A stretch of DNA of 63,249 bases, filler included, from Octopus bimaculoides (taxonomy: Eukaryota): assembly GCF_001194135.2 (NCBI RefSeq). It is 5 parts of 5 records of this genome, joined end to end, with 100 filler letters (N's around TTAATTAATTAA, not from the genome) between each part and the next. Parts side by side here need not be neighbours in the genome. Positions count along the whole stretch, not along the records: positions 19,537 to 31,744 come from NC_068989.1; positions 31,845 to 44,040 come from NC_068982.1; 3 more parts are not named here. The stretch is one strand, 5' to 3'. This document shows positions 23,326 to 37,706 of the stretch, piece by piece; position 1 is the first letter of the stretch; each line of letters opens with the position of its first letter. A program made the translations under genes and the position numbers. The notes under the pieces were generated by a model. It saw only the letters and a program-made list of their open reading frames with translations. It was not told the origin of the DNA and did not search any database.

Positions 23326-24034
23326 ATTTACACTTCATCTCAATCAATTCGGTGGTCTATTACCGTCTTATTGCATGTGTACAGAGTCCTAGACTGAATC
23401 CATACAAGAAACTTTTATTTATAAAATTAAGGTTAATAACGTTTTAACAAACTCAATGGTAAATGTTCGAAAATGAAATCTAGTCTTGGACCATGGGCAC
23501 AGCTAGGAATTAGAGACCTAGTGTCAATCGACGATCAAACAAATGAAAATATTGTGTAGATGTAAATGTTACAAAAGATGCAGTCTGGATATTAGGTCAA
23601 TGTCCTGGAAATGATCAAGATGATTAATTGGCTTAACACTGGGATAATCTCACTGAGACTGACGTATTTAACTGATGTTTATCGAAATACATATATGCTT
23701 AAGTTGCTCTAACTGTTGGTCTTGTTGTTGTTATTGTTATTGTTGTTATTTTTGTTGTTGTTGTTGTTGGTGGTGGTGTTGTTGCTATTGTAATTGTTGA
23801 TGTTGCTGCTGTTGTTGTTGTTATTGCTGCTAGTGGTGTCGTTGTTAGCGCTAAACGAGCAGGCTTATGATCACAGGTTTTTCCAGATACAGCCGCATAA
23901 CATTTTTTTAAATCCAATGTTTCTCCGTGTTTAAGACAACAGAGAGCAATTTGAAAGACATTTCATTGTTATTTTCAGCTGCAAGAAGTCATGCGTTCAC
24001 TTAGGGAATCCTAGCCGGTACATCCCAACGCACA

Positions 24035-24035
<1 letters not shown>

Positions 24036-24126
<91 letters not shown>
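24036..24126. repeat. (GT)n(GA)n microsatellite
   Basis: Direct reading. Confidence 0.95.
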
Positions 24127-24127
<1 letters not shown>

Positions 24128-25748
24128 TTGCAGGTGTAACTGTGCGGTAAGTAGTTTTCTTTCCATTAGTGCACCGATATTTCAACCTTGCGTCTCGTCA
24201 GCCAAAACTGATGCACGCTGTCTCGTCATTTACCGTGCACATTACGATTTATTATCGGTTGAAAGACATCAGAACGCATCAACAAGTAATTTGTTTGCTG
24301 AATCCTATAAAGAAGATAAAAAAAACTTTCCTTAGATCCATTAGTCCGTAGTATTTTGTTCAAGGAAACACAACAAAATCGAAACAAACACTGATATCCC
24401 AAAGTCACTTTACCCCCAATGAATCGAGTGTGCTACGAACACACATTAATCTGAAACGAGTTGTTCTCCGAAGGTGAAATACAACAGCGGCTGGCATATT
24501 CATGTTCTAATCTACCTGAACGTTATTAAGAATGAATATGAGTGTCATCGTTTTGATTCTCGCTGTTTATCGTGCACATTACACTTTACAATACACATTA
24601 CACTTTACAGTACACGTGATGAGTCTGTGCAGACTTTTAAGCCAGCTCCTAAAGAGGGCTAAATAGCATGACTATAATACGTCTATAATGACTATATGGT
24701 GGTGTCTGATCAGAGGTTAAGGACAGATGAGAATTAATTCTGCAATCCAGTCCCAAGTTGAATTCCAACTGTTGGCCAATGTGTCCTGCAGTTCTGATCT
24801 CAACGTAAAATTAACGAAGCGAATGTCATTTATCTCCCCCTTGATCTTTGACGTCGTCTGACAAACGCCACCAAGATGACATGAATTAACCAAGCTTTAC
24901 CTGCAAGAAATAGCAACCCAAATGCTTTTAAATCAGATCTCAATACTGGATGTTCAAGAACCAAATGAAGAGCAGATTTTCAACCCCGGGATAATCCTAA
25001 TTCCAAAATGGTATATGTCTATGTACGGTAAATGTAGGCTGAAATACAGGAGTCTCAGACGGACAGATAGAATTTCGCTTTTATTATAAATTTGAAGATG
25101 GCCTCTATCTTTAGCGCAGGCGACAAAGCCAAAATGAATCAGACATTCAAATATTTGTTTGAAAACTTTGTTTCGTAAAATACAGGTGATAGAGATAGTG
25201 ATGACGAATTCCATACTTTCGTATGCTTAGTCAAACAATAATGATAGCTATCCGCTATCAACCCCTCCTTTTCGTTGTATTATATGTATTATACCAACGG
25301 TTCTTTCTTCGGTTTATATTGAGGGGTAATGCTACATACCGTTGCTGTTGATGCTATTGTTGTTTAAATTCAGGTCCACCTTCATAAAGGAGATATATGA
25401 CCAATCCTTTTTCACACCAACTTGTACTAAACGGACCATGAAAAAAAATGGTCATGGTTATATTACACTCTCGATCAAAATCTCGTTATAACGTGAATGA
25501 TATATATTTCAGTCTGGCTAAACCAGAATAATATATATAATTGTGTAAAGATACGGATAGTTTTCCTAAACTCTTCCAAAATCTTAATTACAGTAAAATA
25601 TTATTAATAATATAAACAAATAGGCATTCTACGCAGATATATTATAACGGTAATGTCCAAGGCCTTCCTATCATAACCAACACGAGCATTTATTTTCAAG
25701 ACATAGTTTATTTAGGACTACACTATCCGATGTTTCATTTTCTTCTTT

Positions 25749-25813
<65 letters not shown>

Positions 25814-26684
25814 GAGAGTAGGTTACGATTTGAGGATGATATGACTGATATTTTCTGGCAGAGAGATATTTTTGTCGTCGTTGTCGTATACGAAAGCACC
25901 TGTAAAAAATATAGTCAGGAATTAAAATCTCGATTAAGATACCGTTAAAATCTCGATCTAGGTTTCGTCAAGCTAGGTCGCACGTTTTTCTGGGAAATCG
26001 AAGTTGTGTGTGGGATACAAAAGATTAAGAAACATTAGCATACAGTACTGCAAAATCGCCGGACAGCTGCAAAGTAGATTTTTCTTTTGGGAAGGTGGAA
26101 TATGAAGAATGCACAAACAGTTATAGCGGCCAGTTCTCTTAACCTACCTACTAAGAAGAAAAACGTATTACTAATTAAATGATTGTCTTCGTATGAATTT
26201 TGGTAACACTCGACTTAATGAGAAGGAAATAAGCAGAATAGTATGACTGACGTGTTTAAAAATCAGAATAGTATGATGTACGCATTTCAAAATCAGGTTA
26301 CTGCAAATAACGTGCTCTTAGTGAAATCAGGTTTTCTAAAAAAATAAAAAAAGCGAAGATTCTCACGCCAAAGAACGACAAGTATCTTTAAATGCTACTA
26401 ACCGTGTGATCATGTTTTGTTGAAAGTTTGGACCGGCTTAGCTATTTCCTAAAACCCGTTTTCATCTACGATTTATATGCAGCCATTAACGAAATCTATC
26501 CAATACAAAATCAGTAGAACACTGGACAAAGTGTTTACTGATATATAGTTGTGTCCCTTGTACTTTCTGACTTCAAATCACACCAATGTTGACTTTACTT
26601 TTCATATTTCCGGGGCCGATGTAATAAAGTAGCAGATTGTTGCTTGTGTTAAAAATTATCATTATTATTTTCATTATTATCAAA

Positions 26685-26900
26685 GGTAGTGAGCTGCCAG
26701 AACTGTTAGCATGTCGAACAAAATGCTCAATAGCATTTCTTCCGGTGCCTTACATTCTGAACTTTAAATCCAGCCGACATCAACTTTATCTTTCATCCTT
26801 TTGGAGTCGATAAAATAAAGTACTAGACAAGTACTGGGGAGAAGTGGTGGTATCGACTGATACCCACCTCTCTCAGAATCACTAGCCTGGTTCTTAAATC
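26685..26900 (+). mobile_element. SINE family B, diverged
   Basis: gtgagctgccagaactgttagcatg...tttcatccttttggagtcgataaaataaagtac. Confidence 0.7.
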
Positions 26901-27929
26901 AGAAATAATTATTTTTCTTGTTAATCTATATGAAATGACAGACATGTTAAAATGCTGTATCAATTTGATCTCTCTTAATCATATCAAAATTAATTTCCTT
27001 CTCTCTTGCTTGCGTCAGGGTTAGCTTGATCCCTCTTGCACATATCAAGTCACATCAGGATCAGCTTAATCTCTCTTGATCCTATCACATCATATCAGAA
27101 TCAACTTGATATCTCTTGCTTACATCAAGATCAACGTGATTCTCACTTGCCGATATCAGCTCTCATCAAGATGGTGAACGAACTCGCTCAAAGACCATTG
27201 GTACCAATGACCAGGCATATGCGGTGGAAGTAGCCTCTCTAGGAGATTTTGAACTTGATAGGTCAAGCTAATATGATCTCTAAACTGCAATACAATTCTA
27301 AGATCGTTGTCCTACCCAATGATTTGAGAATTTGCTTTGGTTATTGTGGGTTTACATATGGCCAAGTAAGGCAAGTATATGATACTGTGCAAACCGTTCT
27401 TCTTTTAATTTTTAATAATCTTGGTCTTATTCAAGCACAGCTGTTGCTTGTGAACATAGATTCCACTTTTCACCTCATTGATTAATAATGATTATAGACA
27501 TATCATGTTTCACAAATGTACCCCAGTACGTTCAGAGCAACAGCGCCATAGCAGATTCCACAAGCGTACTTCAACAAAGGTCGATCGTTCGCACTCCTGG
27601 TTTTATTCGCTAATGCGTACGTAGTTGGAGCACAGAGCTCTGCGTGTATTGTCATATTGCTTGCATTGTGTAGTCAGTGGCACATGTATTACTCTATGCA
27701 TCAGGGTAAAGCATAATGACATTAACGGTTTGCGTGGCGTAAAGTGCGCCCGCTGCTGCTACAACTACAGTTGACTATTTAAGAGTAGCAACACTTGATA
27801 AAGCAAATGAAATAAGAGAATTAGACCAAAGTCACATAGACAAATACTTATGAATCAGTGAACTAGATACGATACAACACACACAAATGAAAGAGAAGAG
27901 AAAAGAATACTATAGACGAGTTAGATTAA

Positions 27930-29184
27930 TACTGTAAACAGAGCTCAATGCGGAAAACAAGATAATAGATATCAACATTCTAGCCGTCTCAGTTATAAGT
28001 TACAGCTATAATATAACTGGGCTCTAAATGAACTAATCAAAATAAACTGGAAAACAAGAAAAAATAATGACAGGATTTAGGATGCACCACCCAAAATCTG
28101 ACATATAAAAGTTATATATACAATGTATCGAAGGTGGTAGAGGCCTTATACAGCTAGAAATCTATTACAAAATAACCACCATAGTACTACAGAAATACTT
28201 ACTTCAGAAGCAAGGAAAACTAATACAAAGTGCCAAAAAACAGGAACAAAACAAAAAACTGTTTTCAGTCTTTAAGGAATCTGACAAATACAAAAAAGAA
28301 GTCATAGTACCTAACAACTATGAAGAAAAAGAAGAAACAACTGAAATCCAAACTAAAACTGGAACAGCAACAGATCATGATCAAACGATGACAAGAAAAG
28401 CCCCTTCATGGCAAATACTGGGTTAACCTAAAAAGAGAAAAAATAGACAAAGCAAAATCCCAACAATAGCTGAGAAGCTCAGGATTCAAAGCAGAGACTG
28501 AAGGATTTTTAATTTGCAGCACAAAATCAAAGCCTTTCCCACCAGAAATTACCAAAAACATATAATGAGAATAAACATAACAAGTAACTGCAGAATATGT
28601 GGAGATGGACAAGAAACAATAAATCATATTGTCTCTGACTGCCCAGTCCTGGCTAAGAAGAAATATATCCACAGATACGACAGAGTTGGGACCTATATAC
28701 ACAGGAAGCTATGCTAACACTATGGGATAACAACAGAAAAAAAGATGGTGTGGGCACGCGCCAGAAAAGGTCATAGAAAATAAGAAAGCAACCATATCCT
28801 GGGATATGCCAATACACACAGATAGAGAAATTAAGGCTAATAGGCCTGATATAGTTGTCAGAGTTCACAAAAAAAATTGCTTTTTAATCGGTGTATCAAT
28901 ACCAACAGATGATAATGTTTCTCTAAAAGAAACAGAGAAACTTTCAAATACAAAGATCTGGAAATAGAAGTAACTCGAATATGGAGTCTAAAAACAAACA
29001 ATTCTTATCATAGTAGGCGCATTAGGTATGATAAGAAAATATTCAGACAAACGTATAACGAAAGCACCAGTTACAACAATAAGTAACAATAAGAGCATTA
29101 CAACAAACCACAGCACATACCTAAGGCACACAGAGCTGCGCTCGGTAGTGCAGTGAAAGCACGTGATAAAAATAAGACTACTGA
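27930..29184 (+). mobile_element. R4/Dong-like RLE LINE, 5'-truncated, with 3' UTR
   Basis: RMHHPKSDI...GGRGLIQLE; FKAETEGFL.AAQ; CRICGDGQETINHIVSDC (CCHC); RPDIVV...SIPTDDNV...KYKDLEIE (restriction-like endonuclease); followed by (GAT)n(AAT)n. Confidence 0.9.
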
Positions 29185-29213
29185 ATGATGATGATGATAA
29201 TAATAATAATAGC

Positions 29214-29246
<33 letters not shown>

Positions 29247-29249
29247 TTT

Positions 29250-30436
29250 GATCGAATAATATTGATCAAAGCGATCAATACTTTAGCTATACCGGTCGTA
29301 ACTTACAGTTTCAATATTATTAACTGGTCAATTACTGAAATCTGTAATCTGGACAGAAAAACACGAAAATCGTTGACAATGAATAAAAGAATGAATAAAA
29401 TGCATCATCCTAAAGCAGATATAGAACGACTTTACTTGCCCAGAAAAGAGGGTGGCCGTAGACTTTTACAACTGGAATTGACAATGAAGATTACCACAAT
29501 TGGCCTAAACACTTACCTGAAAAACCCTAATGACTGGATGCTAAAGCTTATCTTAAACCATGAAAACAAGAAAATGTTATACTCAGTAACAAAACAGGCA
29601 AAGAAATATGTAAGTGAATTCCAAATACAGCAAATCCCAGAATTAGACGTACAGGAAACAAGCACAGAAAAAGTTAAGCGTATGGAAACCTTTTTTAAAA
29701 TTGTTGCCTTAAAAACTCTCAATGGCAAATACCCAAAGAGTGCAAGTAATGCTGATGTTAACAAAACCCTTACTCATCAATGGTTAGTGTCTTCGGGCTT
29801 AAACTCAGAGATAGAAGGGTTTATCATAGCAGCTCAAGATTAATGCTTACCTTCAAGAAGCTGCCAAGCCAACATCTTAAAGAACGGCAGTGGCTCAACG
29901 TGTCGTGTATGTAAACAACAAAATGAAACCATCGATCATGTTTCCTTGTGCAGCCTTCTTGCGCCTACAGAGTATCTCAACAAGCATAATAGAGCGGTAC
30001 AGTATATTCACTGGGTAATTTGCAAAGACTTGGACCTACCCCATGATAAAAACTGGTGGGAACACAAAACACCTCCGCTGCTTGAAAAATGATCCTTTGG
30101 AACTTTACCGTTCAAACTGAGAGAAAGATAGATGCCAATAAGCATTTCAGACAAAAATCATGACTCCTTATCGATATGACTGTCCCAATAGACATAAATG
30201 TATCTGTCAAGACCTACCAAAAGCTGAGCAATTATAAAGATCTTGAAATAGAAATCGGCAAAATGTGGAACTTCAAAACTAAAAAAATACCTATTGTCAT
30301 AGGTGCCCAAGGACTGATCGCAAAAGGAGCTGATTACTACCTAACTCAGATACCAGGAAATGGAAAAATGGAAGAAATTTTTTAAATGGTGCTCATAGGA
30401 ACTGTTCATATCCTACGAAAAATATTGTCTATGTAA
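29250..30436 (+). mobile_element. Second R4/Dong-like RLE LINE fragment directly after the (AAT)n tail of the first
   Basis: ORF 29163-29843: KAINTLAIPVVTYSF...MHHPKADIERLYLPRKEGGR...SEIEGFIIAAQD; then CRVC...ETIDHV and KYKDLEIEI...GTVHILRKILSM*. Confidence 0.9.
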
Positions 30437-30639
30437 TCCCCAAAACATTTTAACCTGTAAACATTGTCAAAAGTACTTTTAAATGTACATAATAGCAAAT
30501 ATCTTTTACTGTCACCTTATGATTACGCTACCATCTTATAATCGAATTACTTTTAAAATAAACTTATAATTTTCTTATGTTTTCACAGACATCCTCTAGA
30601 ACAATACTTTGTGCAATACCAAAACTATGGCACCTTAGT

Positions 30640-30850
30640 TATAACCTCTCTACTATAGGCCCAAGGCCTGAAATTTTGAGGAGGAGGATTGCCGATTACA
30701 TCGACCCCAGTATTCAATTTATCGACCCCGAAAGGATAAAAGGCAAAGTCGACCTCGGCGGAATTTGAACTCAGAACGTAACGGAATTTGAACTCAGACG
30801 AAATACCGCTAAGCATTTCGCCCGGCATGCTAACGATTCTGCCATTTCGC
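30640..30850 (-). mobile_element. SINE family B
   Basis: ggcaaagtcgacctcggcggaatttgaactcagaacg...gcatttcgcccggcatgctaacg. Confidence 0.85.
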
Positions 30851-31514
30851 ATCCTAGCTATAACACGAACTTGTCTCTTGAGGTCTCTGGTTGAGACCTG
30901 GAGCCAACTTGTACAAATACAAAGCAAAAGCCAAACATATAATCATAATAATAGCAGTTATTACTTTTCTTGTCTTTGTGGTGTTCATTTTAGTTTACCC
31001 CAATAAATCACACGCATATGCGAATCACTGCTAATACGTTCCTGGATAATCTACTCCGATTTTTGAAGATTTATCTTGATTCGTTAGATTACCACTCCGG
31101 ATTACACTGAATAGACACACACACACACATACACGCACGCGCGTACACACACACACACACACAAACACAGGGGGCGAAGAGAGCAAGAGGCAAATATCTG
31201 CATGAGTGTCTTAGTGTGTTTAGGTATGTTTGTTACGTGTGCAAGTGTGTGTGTTTCAATTTACAGTGTAATGAAATATTTGAAATTATGTTGCACAGCT
31301 TTTTCATTTTATTCTGACATCTATGACTTCTTTCCCTCTCTACTGCAAGTTCCCGATTTAGCTTTCCTCAGAGACTATAATATATATATATATATAAGCA
31401 GATAGACAGACAGACAGAAATATATATGCATATATATATATATATATATATATATTGATATATACGTAATGATCTCTTTTCACAAAAATTTGTGTGCGTG
31501 TGGTAAGTAGCTTG

Positions 31515-31635
31515 CTTACTTCCGGTTTGCTCACTGCGCATGTGCGCCAGATTGGCTACTTGCTGTGAACGAAGATAGACATGAGTTTCGGCTCTGTCTA
31601 TAGAAGAAAAAATTGAAGAATTCGCCGGGGTAAGT
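31515..31635 (+). promoter_or_regulatory. Candidate housekeeping-type promoter and short non-coding first exon
   Basis: ACTTCCGGT (ETS-like, 31518), TGCGCATGTGCGC (NRF1-like, 31535), ATTGG (reverse CCAAT, 31551), then a donor GGG|GTAAGT at 31629/31630, in CpG-rich non-repeat sequence. Confidence 0.45.
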
Positions 31636-31744
31636 CGTTTTTGTTGCTCAGCTAGGCAGCAATTTATTGCTTCTATTTTATTTCTTAGTAAATTGTTGTC
31701 CAGCGGTGTGGCATCTTCGCTTTCCTTGGCGAGTTTTTTGTGTG

Positions 31745-31844
31745 NNNNNNNNNNNNNNNNNNNNNNNNNNNNNNNNNNNNNNNNNNNNTTAATTAATTAA
31801 NNNNNNNNNNNNNNNNNNNNNNNNNNNNNNNNNNNNNNNNNNNN
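31745..31844. other. Artificial scaffold linker N44-TTAATTAATTAA-N44
   Basis: Same construct as 19437-19536. Confidence 0.95.
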
Positions 31845-32972
31845 GAACGAGAATCTGTTGATTCTTTTCCTTGGCATTTGAATTAGTCTATAATTCTTTT
31901 AACAGTAGCAAGAGGAATCTGAAGATTTTCGGCAATTTTTCGCTGGCTAAGACCAGCCTCAAATTGCCCAACAATACGACCTCTTTGAAAATCTGACAGT
32001 TCTGGTGAATTTTTTTGTGCGTGGCATGGTTACTCTCCGCAAATGATTAATATAATGTCACCTGAAATGAAAAATAATAATTACATTGAAAATTCTACAC
32101 CGCTGAAAACATATTAAGACGCTTAGATAAGAAATTTTGAAAATTAAAGATGTCTATTTACTTCCTGTATGTCTGTATATATACAATTAATGAGTCCTAA
32201 TCTGGACATTATAAACACTAGCATAAAGCAGATAATGTCTTCAAAGTCGAATTGAAACTCATATACATACATAAATACATACATACATACATACATACAT
32301 ACATACATACATACATACAGGTATAAATTCGCACACACACATACACACATTCACATATGTGTACACCTCCCACATGTACATAGAAATCAAATTACCAGAC
32401 ATAAACTCTCTTCCAGAGATTTGATTTCTTGCGATTTGATTTGATTTCTAGTTTCAACTTAATTTTCGTAGCTAAAACAAACCAGAAAACGTATAGGGTC
32501 GAAAATGCAATAGATAAATAAATAAATGCATGAATAAATAAATAAGTAAGATAAATGCAATACAAATGAATAAATAAAATAAAATGCAGTAAACAAATAA
32601 ATTGGTAAAATAAAAATGCAATAGATAAATAAAATAATATGAAATAAATATATTTCAAATTTATAATGTATTTGTGATAAAGAAGTGTAACCATTACTTA
32701 AATTTAAGACAGAGAGAGGGACAGAGGGGGAGACAGAGAGAAACAGAGAATAAGGAGAGAGTGTGAGAAGGAGAGAGAGAAGTTACTGAATGAATAGGTG
32801 AAATGAAATAGGGTGTATTCTGCACTTGAGATGTTCACTCAGCCCTTAGACTCCATCGCTGTTTTTTTAAGGATCCTCGTGTTTAATTTACAGTAGATAT
32901 ATCCAAGCATCACTGCACTGTCCTGGAATCTTATAAGCAAAGAGTATACATATAGACATGTCATTAAATCTA

Positions 32973-33199
32973 TTGGGTTGTCCGGAAAGTTCGTGCCGAT
33001 TTTTAAAGGAAAGAAAAAGGTCAATAAATACTTGCCATTACATTTTTAATCAACCAAATATGAACTATTTTGTTGCACAAGGTGTCTCCATCTTTCCTTT
33101 AACTTGAAAATACCCTCTTCCCAGAATTGAGGTGGTTTCATGGCAAATAAGTCGAAAGGTAAGCTACTATAAATCGGCACGAACTTTCCGGACAACCAA
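32973..33199. mobile_element. Mariner-type MITE
   Basis: TA|ttgggttgtccggaaagttcgtgccgattt ... aaatcggcacgaactttccggacaaccaa|TA. Confidence 0.9.
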
Positions 33200-33639
33200 T
33201 ATATTCATGTGGAATTTTCAGTCATATTATTAATTCAAACAATCTGCTACAGTTGCATGAATTACATGGCCTAATGTTCCAGGCTCGTAAATTTTAGCTT
33301 GGATCAGGAGTAGTGGATTGCATCGATCTTCGCTATTGTATCGACTGGTAGTAATTTTATCCACCACAGGTAGAAGAAAAGATAAAGTCTTTGTGGCCGG
33401 GACTAGAACCCAGAAGGTAAACGACATATCTAAATCACATGGAATAATAATTTCTGATTTAAGCAAAAGACCACCAATTCTGAAAGGAGTGGGGTTTGTA
33501 GATACCATCTACCCAACTAATTGATTTAAATTTCACCAGTATTGGATTTATCTTCATACATTCGGGGTCGATAAAAAACTATCCCCCAAAATTTCGAACC
33601 TTGTGCCTAGAGTAGAAAAGAATATTATAAACCACAGAA

Positions 33640-34020
33640 TCTTTAGCATGCCGGGCAAAATGCTTAGCGGTATTTCGTCTGTCGCTACGTTCTGAGTTCA
33701 AATTCCACCGTGGTCAACTTTGCCTTTCATCCTTTTGGGGTCGATGAATTAAGTAGTACCAGTTACGCACTGGGGTCGATATAACCGACTTGATCCGTTT
33801 GTCTGTCCTTGTTTGTCCCCTCTGTGTGTAACCCTTTGTGGGCAGTAAAGAAATAGGTATTTCATCTGCCGCTACGTTCTGAGTTCAAATTCCACCGTGG
33901 TCAACTTTGCCTTTCATCCTTTTGGGGTCGATGAATTAAGTACCATTTTACTACCGGGGTCGATGTAATCGACTAACCCACCGCGCCCATATTTCAGGCC
34001 TTGTGTCTATAATAGATAGG
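33640..34020 (+). mobile_element. Two tandem family B SINE copies with different tails
   Basis: gctacgttctgagttcaaattccaccgtggtcaactttgcctttcatccttttggggtcgatgaattaagta occurs twice. Confidence 0.85.
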
Positions 34021-34425
34021 ATTATTATTGTTATCAACATTTCCATTTTTTAAGAGTAATTCACAAAGAAGTTAGTATTATCAGGGAATCTGTCAGTCTT
34101 AAATTTTCACATTCTGGTTATATCTATTTTTATGTCTTTATATTTCAATGGTAGCTGCCTGCGAAACTTGTGAAAAGTTATTTCCTTTCCCAATCGTATT
34201 TGTTAGAAACGTCTGTCTCTTTTGTTGTAATGTCCTCGTGTCAACTGGGATGACCTACATACTGTGCATTTATCAATTCCGAAATATACTTTGTAGTGTG
34301 TGTTTATAGTTTGTAGTAAATCAGATCTCTGTAATGTACCTGGTCGTCTCCATCTCTCTCTGTCTTTCTGTCAATGTATGTATGTATGTATCTATCTATC
34401 GATCAATCGATCAATCTATCTGCTG

Positions 34426-34467
<42 letters not shown>

Positions 34468-35385
34468 ATATATTTGTAGTTCACAATGGGCCTCAGAAAC
34501 AACGTGATTGAATAGTTCTTCACAGATACATTTTATCCCAATATATTATTTTAGGAGTTTCCTATGGCAAGCTTTTCATTTTCCTCTTTTTTGTTTGTTT
34601 TTTGAAGCGATCGAAACATCTTTAGTGTTAGTTTTGGATTCTCAGCCACTCTGAGAGTTTTACATTATTTTCTACTTCACCTAGTCTTGGCATTTATTGA
34701 ATACGGAATGGTTCTTCTTGTCAACATCTAAGCATGGCGATTTCTATTTCCATTTAAATAGAAACTGTTTGCAAAACTACTTATGATTTCATTTTTATTC
34801 TCAATGTTTTTATTTTTTCTGTAACCTATGTCTCTATTGGTATTTTGTAAAACTGTAGCTTACGCAATATATATATATATCGAAATAAATGACTAAGAGA
34901 ATAGGAAAAAAAATTGCAAAATGCAAAAACAAAACGTGGAGTTTTTTATTATTTGGCTCTATTATAATGATAATTGATGAAAAGCTTTCAACCCCAAACC
35001 TCTGTAGACAATCAATCAAGCAATAAAAACAAAATGGGCATTAACTGAGACAACTAATTGTTTGATATACGGGTAAGGTGGAATGAAATGTTGTGCGGCA
35101 TGATAGCAAGATTGCTCAATACCACTATAACGTTAAACCAATAAGTGATTGCAAAAACACACACACACGCACACACACATACGCACACACACACACACAT
35201 ACACACACACAAAACAAAGGATGGAGAAAAACATGTAAAAGAAAGCATATATTTGCACGTTTACAGATATTCATAATGCAATACAGTACATCATTCATAA
35301 AATATCAGTAATGGCACTGGCTTTCCACGTCTATGCCTATTGCTATAAGTACACAAAGCATGCGCATATCTATCTATCTATCTAC

Positions 35386-35417
<32 letters not shown>

Positions 35418-37046
35418 ATATCTATCTATCTATCTATCTATCTATATCTATCTATCTATCTATCCATCTTTCTCTCTCTTTCCATCTCTCTCTCTCTCTA
35501 TCTCTTTAAAAAGATGATTCCACATTTTCGATGTTGGTCGTACAGTTGTTTGATCAACTCTATTTTCTTTATATTTAATAAACGTTGAGATATTGAGCAG
35601 TATTGCGCAGACACATGTACTGTTTAGATAATTGTATGAACAAATGTGCGTAAGAATGTGAGACAAGGATGGCCATTTAATATTAAATGTACAGTTCATC
35701 TAATTGAATTTTGGCATTTCAAGAGTCTCCTCCCAGCCAATTTTCCTGGCAAGACTTCATTGGACAAAGATTATGTCAAAAAAAAAAAAGAAAAAACATC
35801 GAAAACGAAACAAAAACTAACCAAGATGTTACACATTGTGGCCTGCCCTATGCATACATACACACAGACACACACACAGACACACACACGCACACACACA
35901 CGCAAATACAACACACACTCACACAAACACGCACACATACATACACAAATTCTCACACACAAACACTCACATGCATACACAAACACACGCATATAAATAC
36001 ACATATACTCTCACGCACATATACACGCAAGCTCTGTGATACATACTCGAATAAACAGCAAAAAGAAAGATGTATTAAAATAAAATGAAAATACCATCTC
36101 TGTTACACAAATGCACGCACAACCACATATGTACACTTTTTCAACATCTTTTGCACATTCACAAACATATAGACATCTTTTCAATCACGCACGCGTACAG
36201 AAAAATAAAACGCTAAATAATGCTATATTAGTAACACATATGTATGTATACTCTTTTATATTGCTGCAAATCAAATGTATACATACATGTATTGGGTGTT
36301 GGTATACATATGAACCCACACAGAAAATCAGAATCTCAAATAAACACTTACAAATAGGAGAAATAATAAAAGAACGGTAAAAATATTTGACTGAAAAATC
36401 AACAATAAATGCCAATGCAGATTCTCTGAAAAGTCTGGGCGGTAAAGACCACCGAAATCCACCCACACCACCCCACGCATGTGTATATGTGTGTGTGTGT
36501 GTGTGTCTGGTATGTGTATACAGATGCAAATTGATGTGAGCGTATAAATATATGCAGAAACATATACACACACACATACATATACATACACGTATTCGCG
36601 TACACATGCGTACACATAAGTAGAAATATATGTTTGTGTGTGTATAAGTATAAACATAACAAACTGAAAGGCATCAGGAATCTCACTAATATCCTATTAC
36701 ATCAGTAAAAATGCTAGGTCAGAGGAGAGGAAAATGCATGAGGAGATCTGATGTTAGCTGCGAGGGATGATGTTTTGAGACCATGGTATTATGTGGGGTG
36801 CAAATTTCTGAAAGAAAACAATAGAGGATTCCTATGGATCGAAAAGAAAATAAAAACAGGAAAACGAATGCAGATGAATTACAATGATAAAACTCAACGC
36901 ATAGGTGTTATACGAAGTGCTTGTATACATATACACATAGGTATTTTGTGTGGATATATGTATGTAAGTTTATATGAACATATGAGCACATGCTGAAGTT
37001 TACACTGTTATTTTTTCATTCTCTCTCCCTTTTTACCCTCTTATTC

Positions 37047-37082
37047 CTTTCTGACAAAGAGCGTAAGCTCGAAACGTAGAAG
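37047..37082 (+). ncRNA. Degenerate minimal hammerhead-like motif
   Basis: cttt CTGACAA a GAGC gtaa GCTC GAAAC GTA gaag; G8 replaced by A and one extra A before stem II. Confidence 0.45.
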
Positions 37083-37138
37083 ACTTTCCTATTTTTCCCG
37101 AGCGTCAAACTAATAAGCCTGCTTGTTTATATATATAC

Positions 37139-37176
<38 letters not shown>

Positions 37177-37706
37177 AAAGAAGCGAAATTCAGACAATTT
37201 ACATAGTTTTAGTATATTTTTAAATATATTTTAAATATTCAGATATTTATATGTTAACGGAGGAAACTTACAAAGACTACAAAGACACAATAAGTTAAGG
37301 AGAAAAGGTATTGTGGTACAGGTCCGACAGCTGTTTCTGGGGGATCAGAATTCAAAATGTTCGCAGATATAGATTGCAAAAAGTCACTCATATGCAAGCA
37401 ATAATGGAAGCATATAAACATTAAGTAGGTCCGACCTCCGTCTTCAGGTAAGAAAGATATGTATCTAACCACATCTGTGTAAGTATGTATGTATATGTAT
37501 ATAGATCTATAAGCATATACACACAGTCACAAAAGACCATTTTGCTATCACAAGTGGCAGAACTATATATACTGCATATACAAATGAGTATGTATAAACG
37601 CCCGCAAATATAGCATGCACACTGCCCCACCGGCACAAATAATTTCTTTAATAATCCATCACATAACACAAACATATACACACACATATAAATACAAACA
37701 CACGCT

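Noticed and set aside
27240-27500. Possible third Penelope-like remnant (IYLPYLG...DLRIV on the minus strand)
   Set aside because: Peptide resemblance is too weak to call without a profile search.
31581-31629. Coding first exon starting at ATG 31581
   Set aside because: An in-frame TGA occurs after 11 codons, before the donor site.
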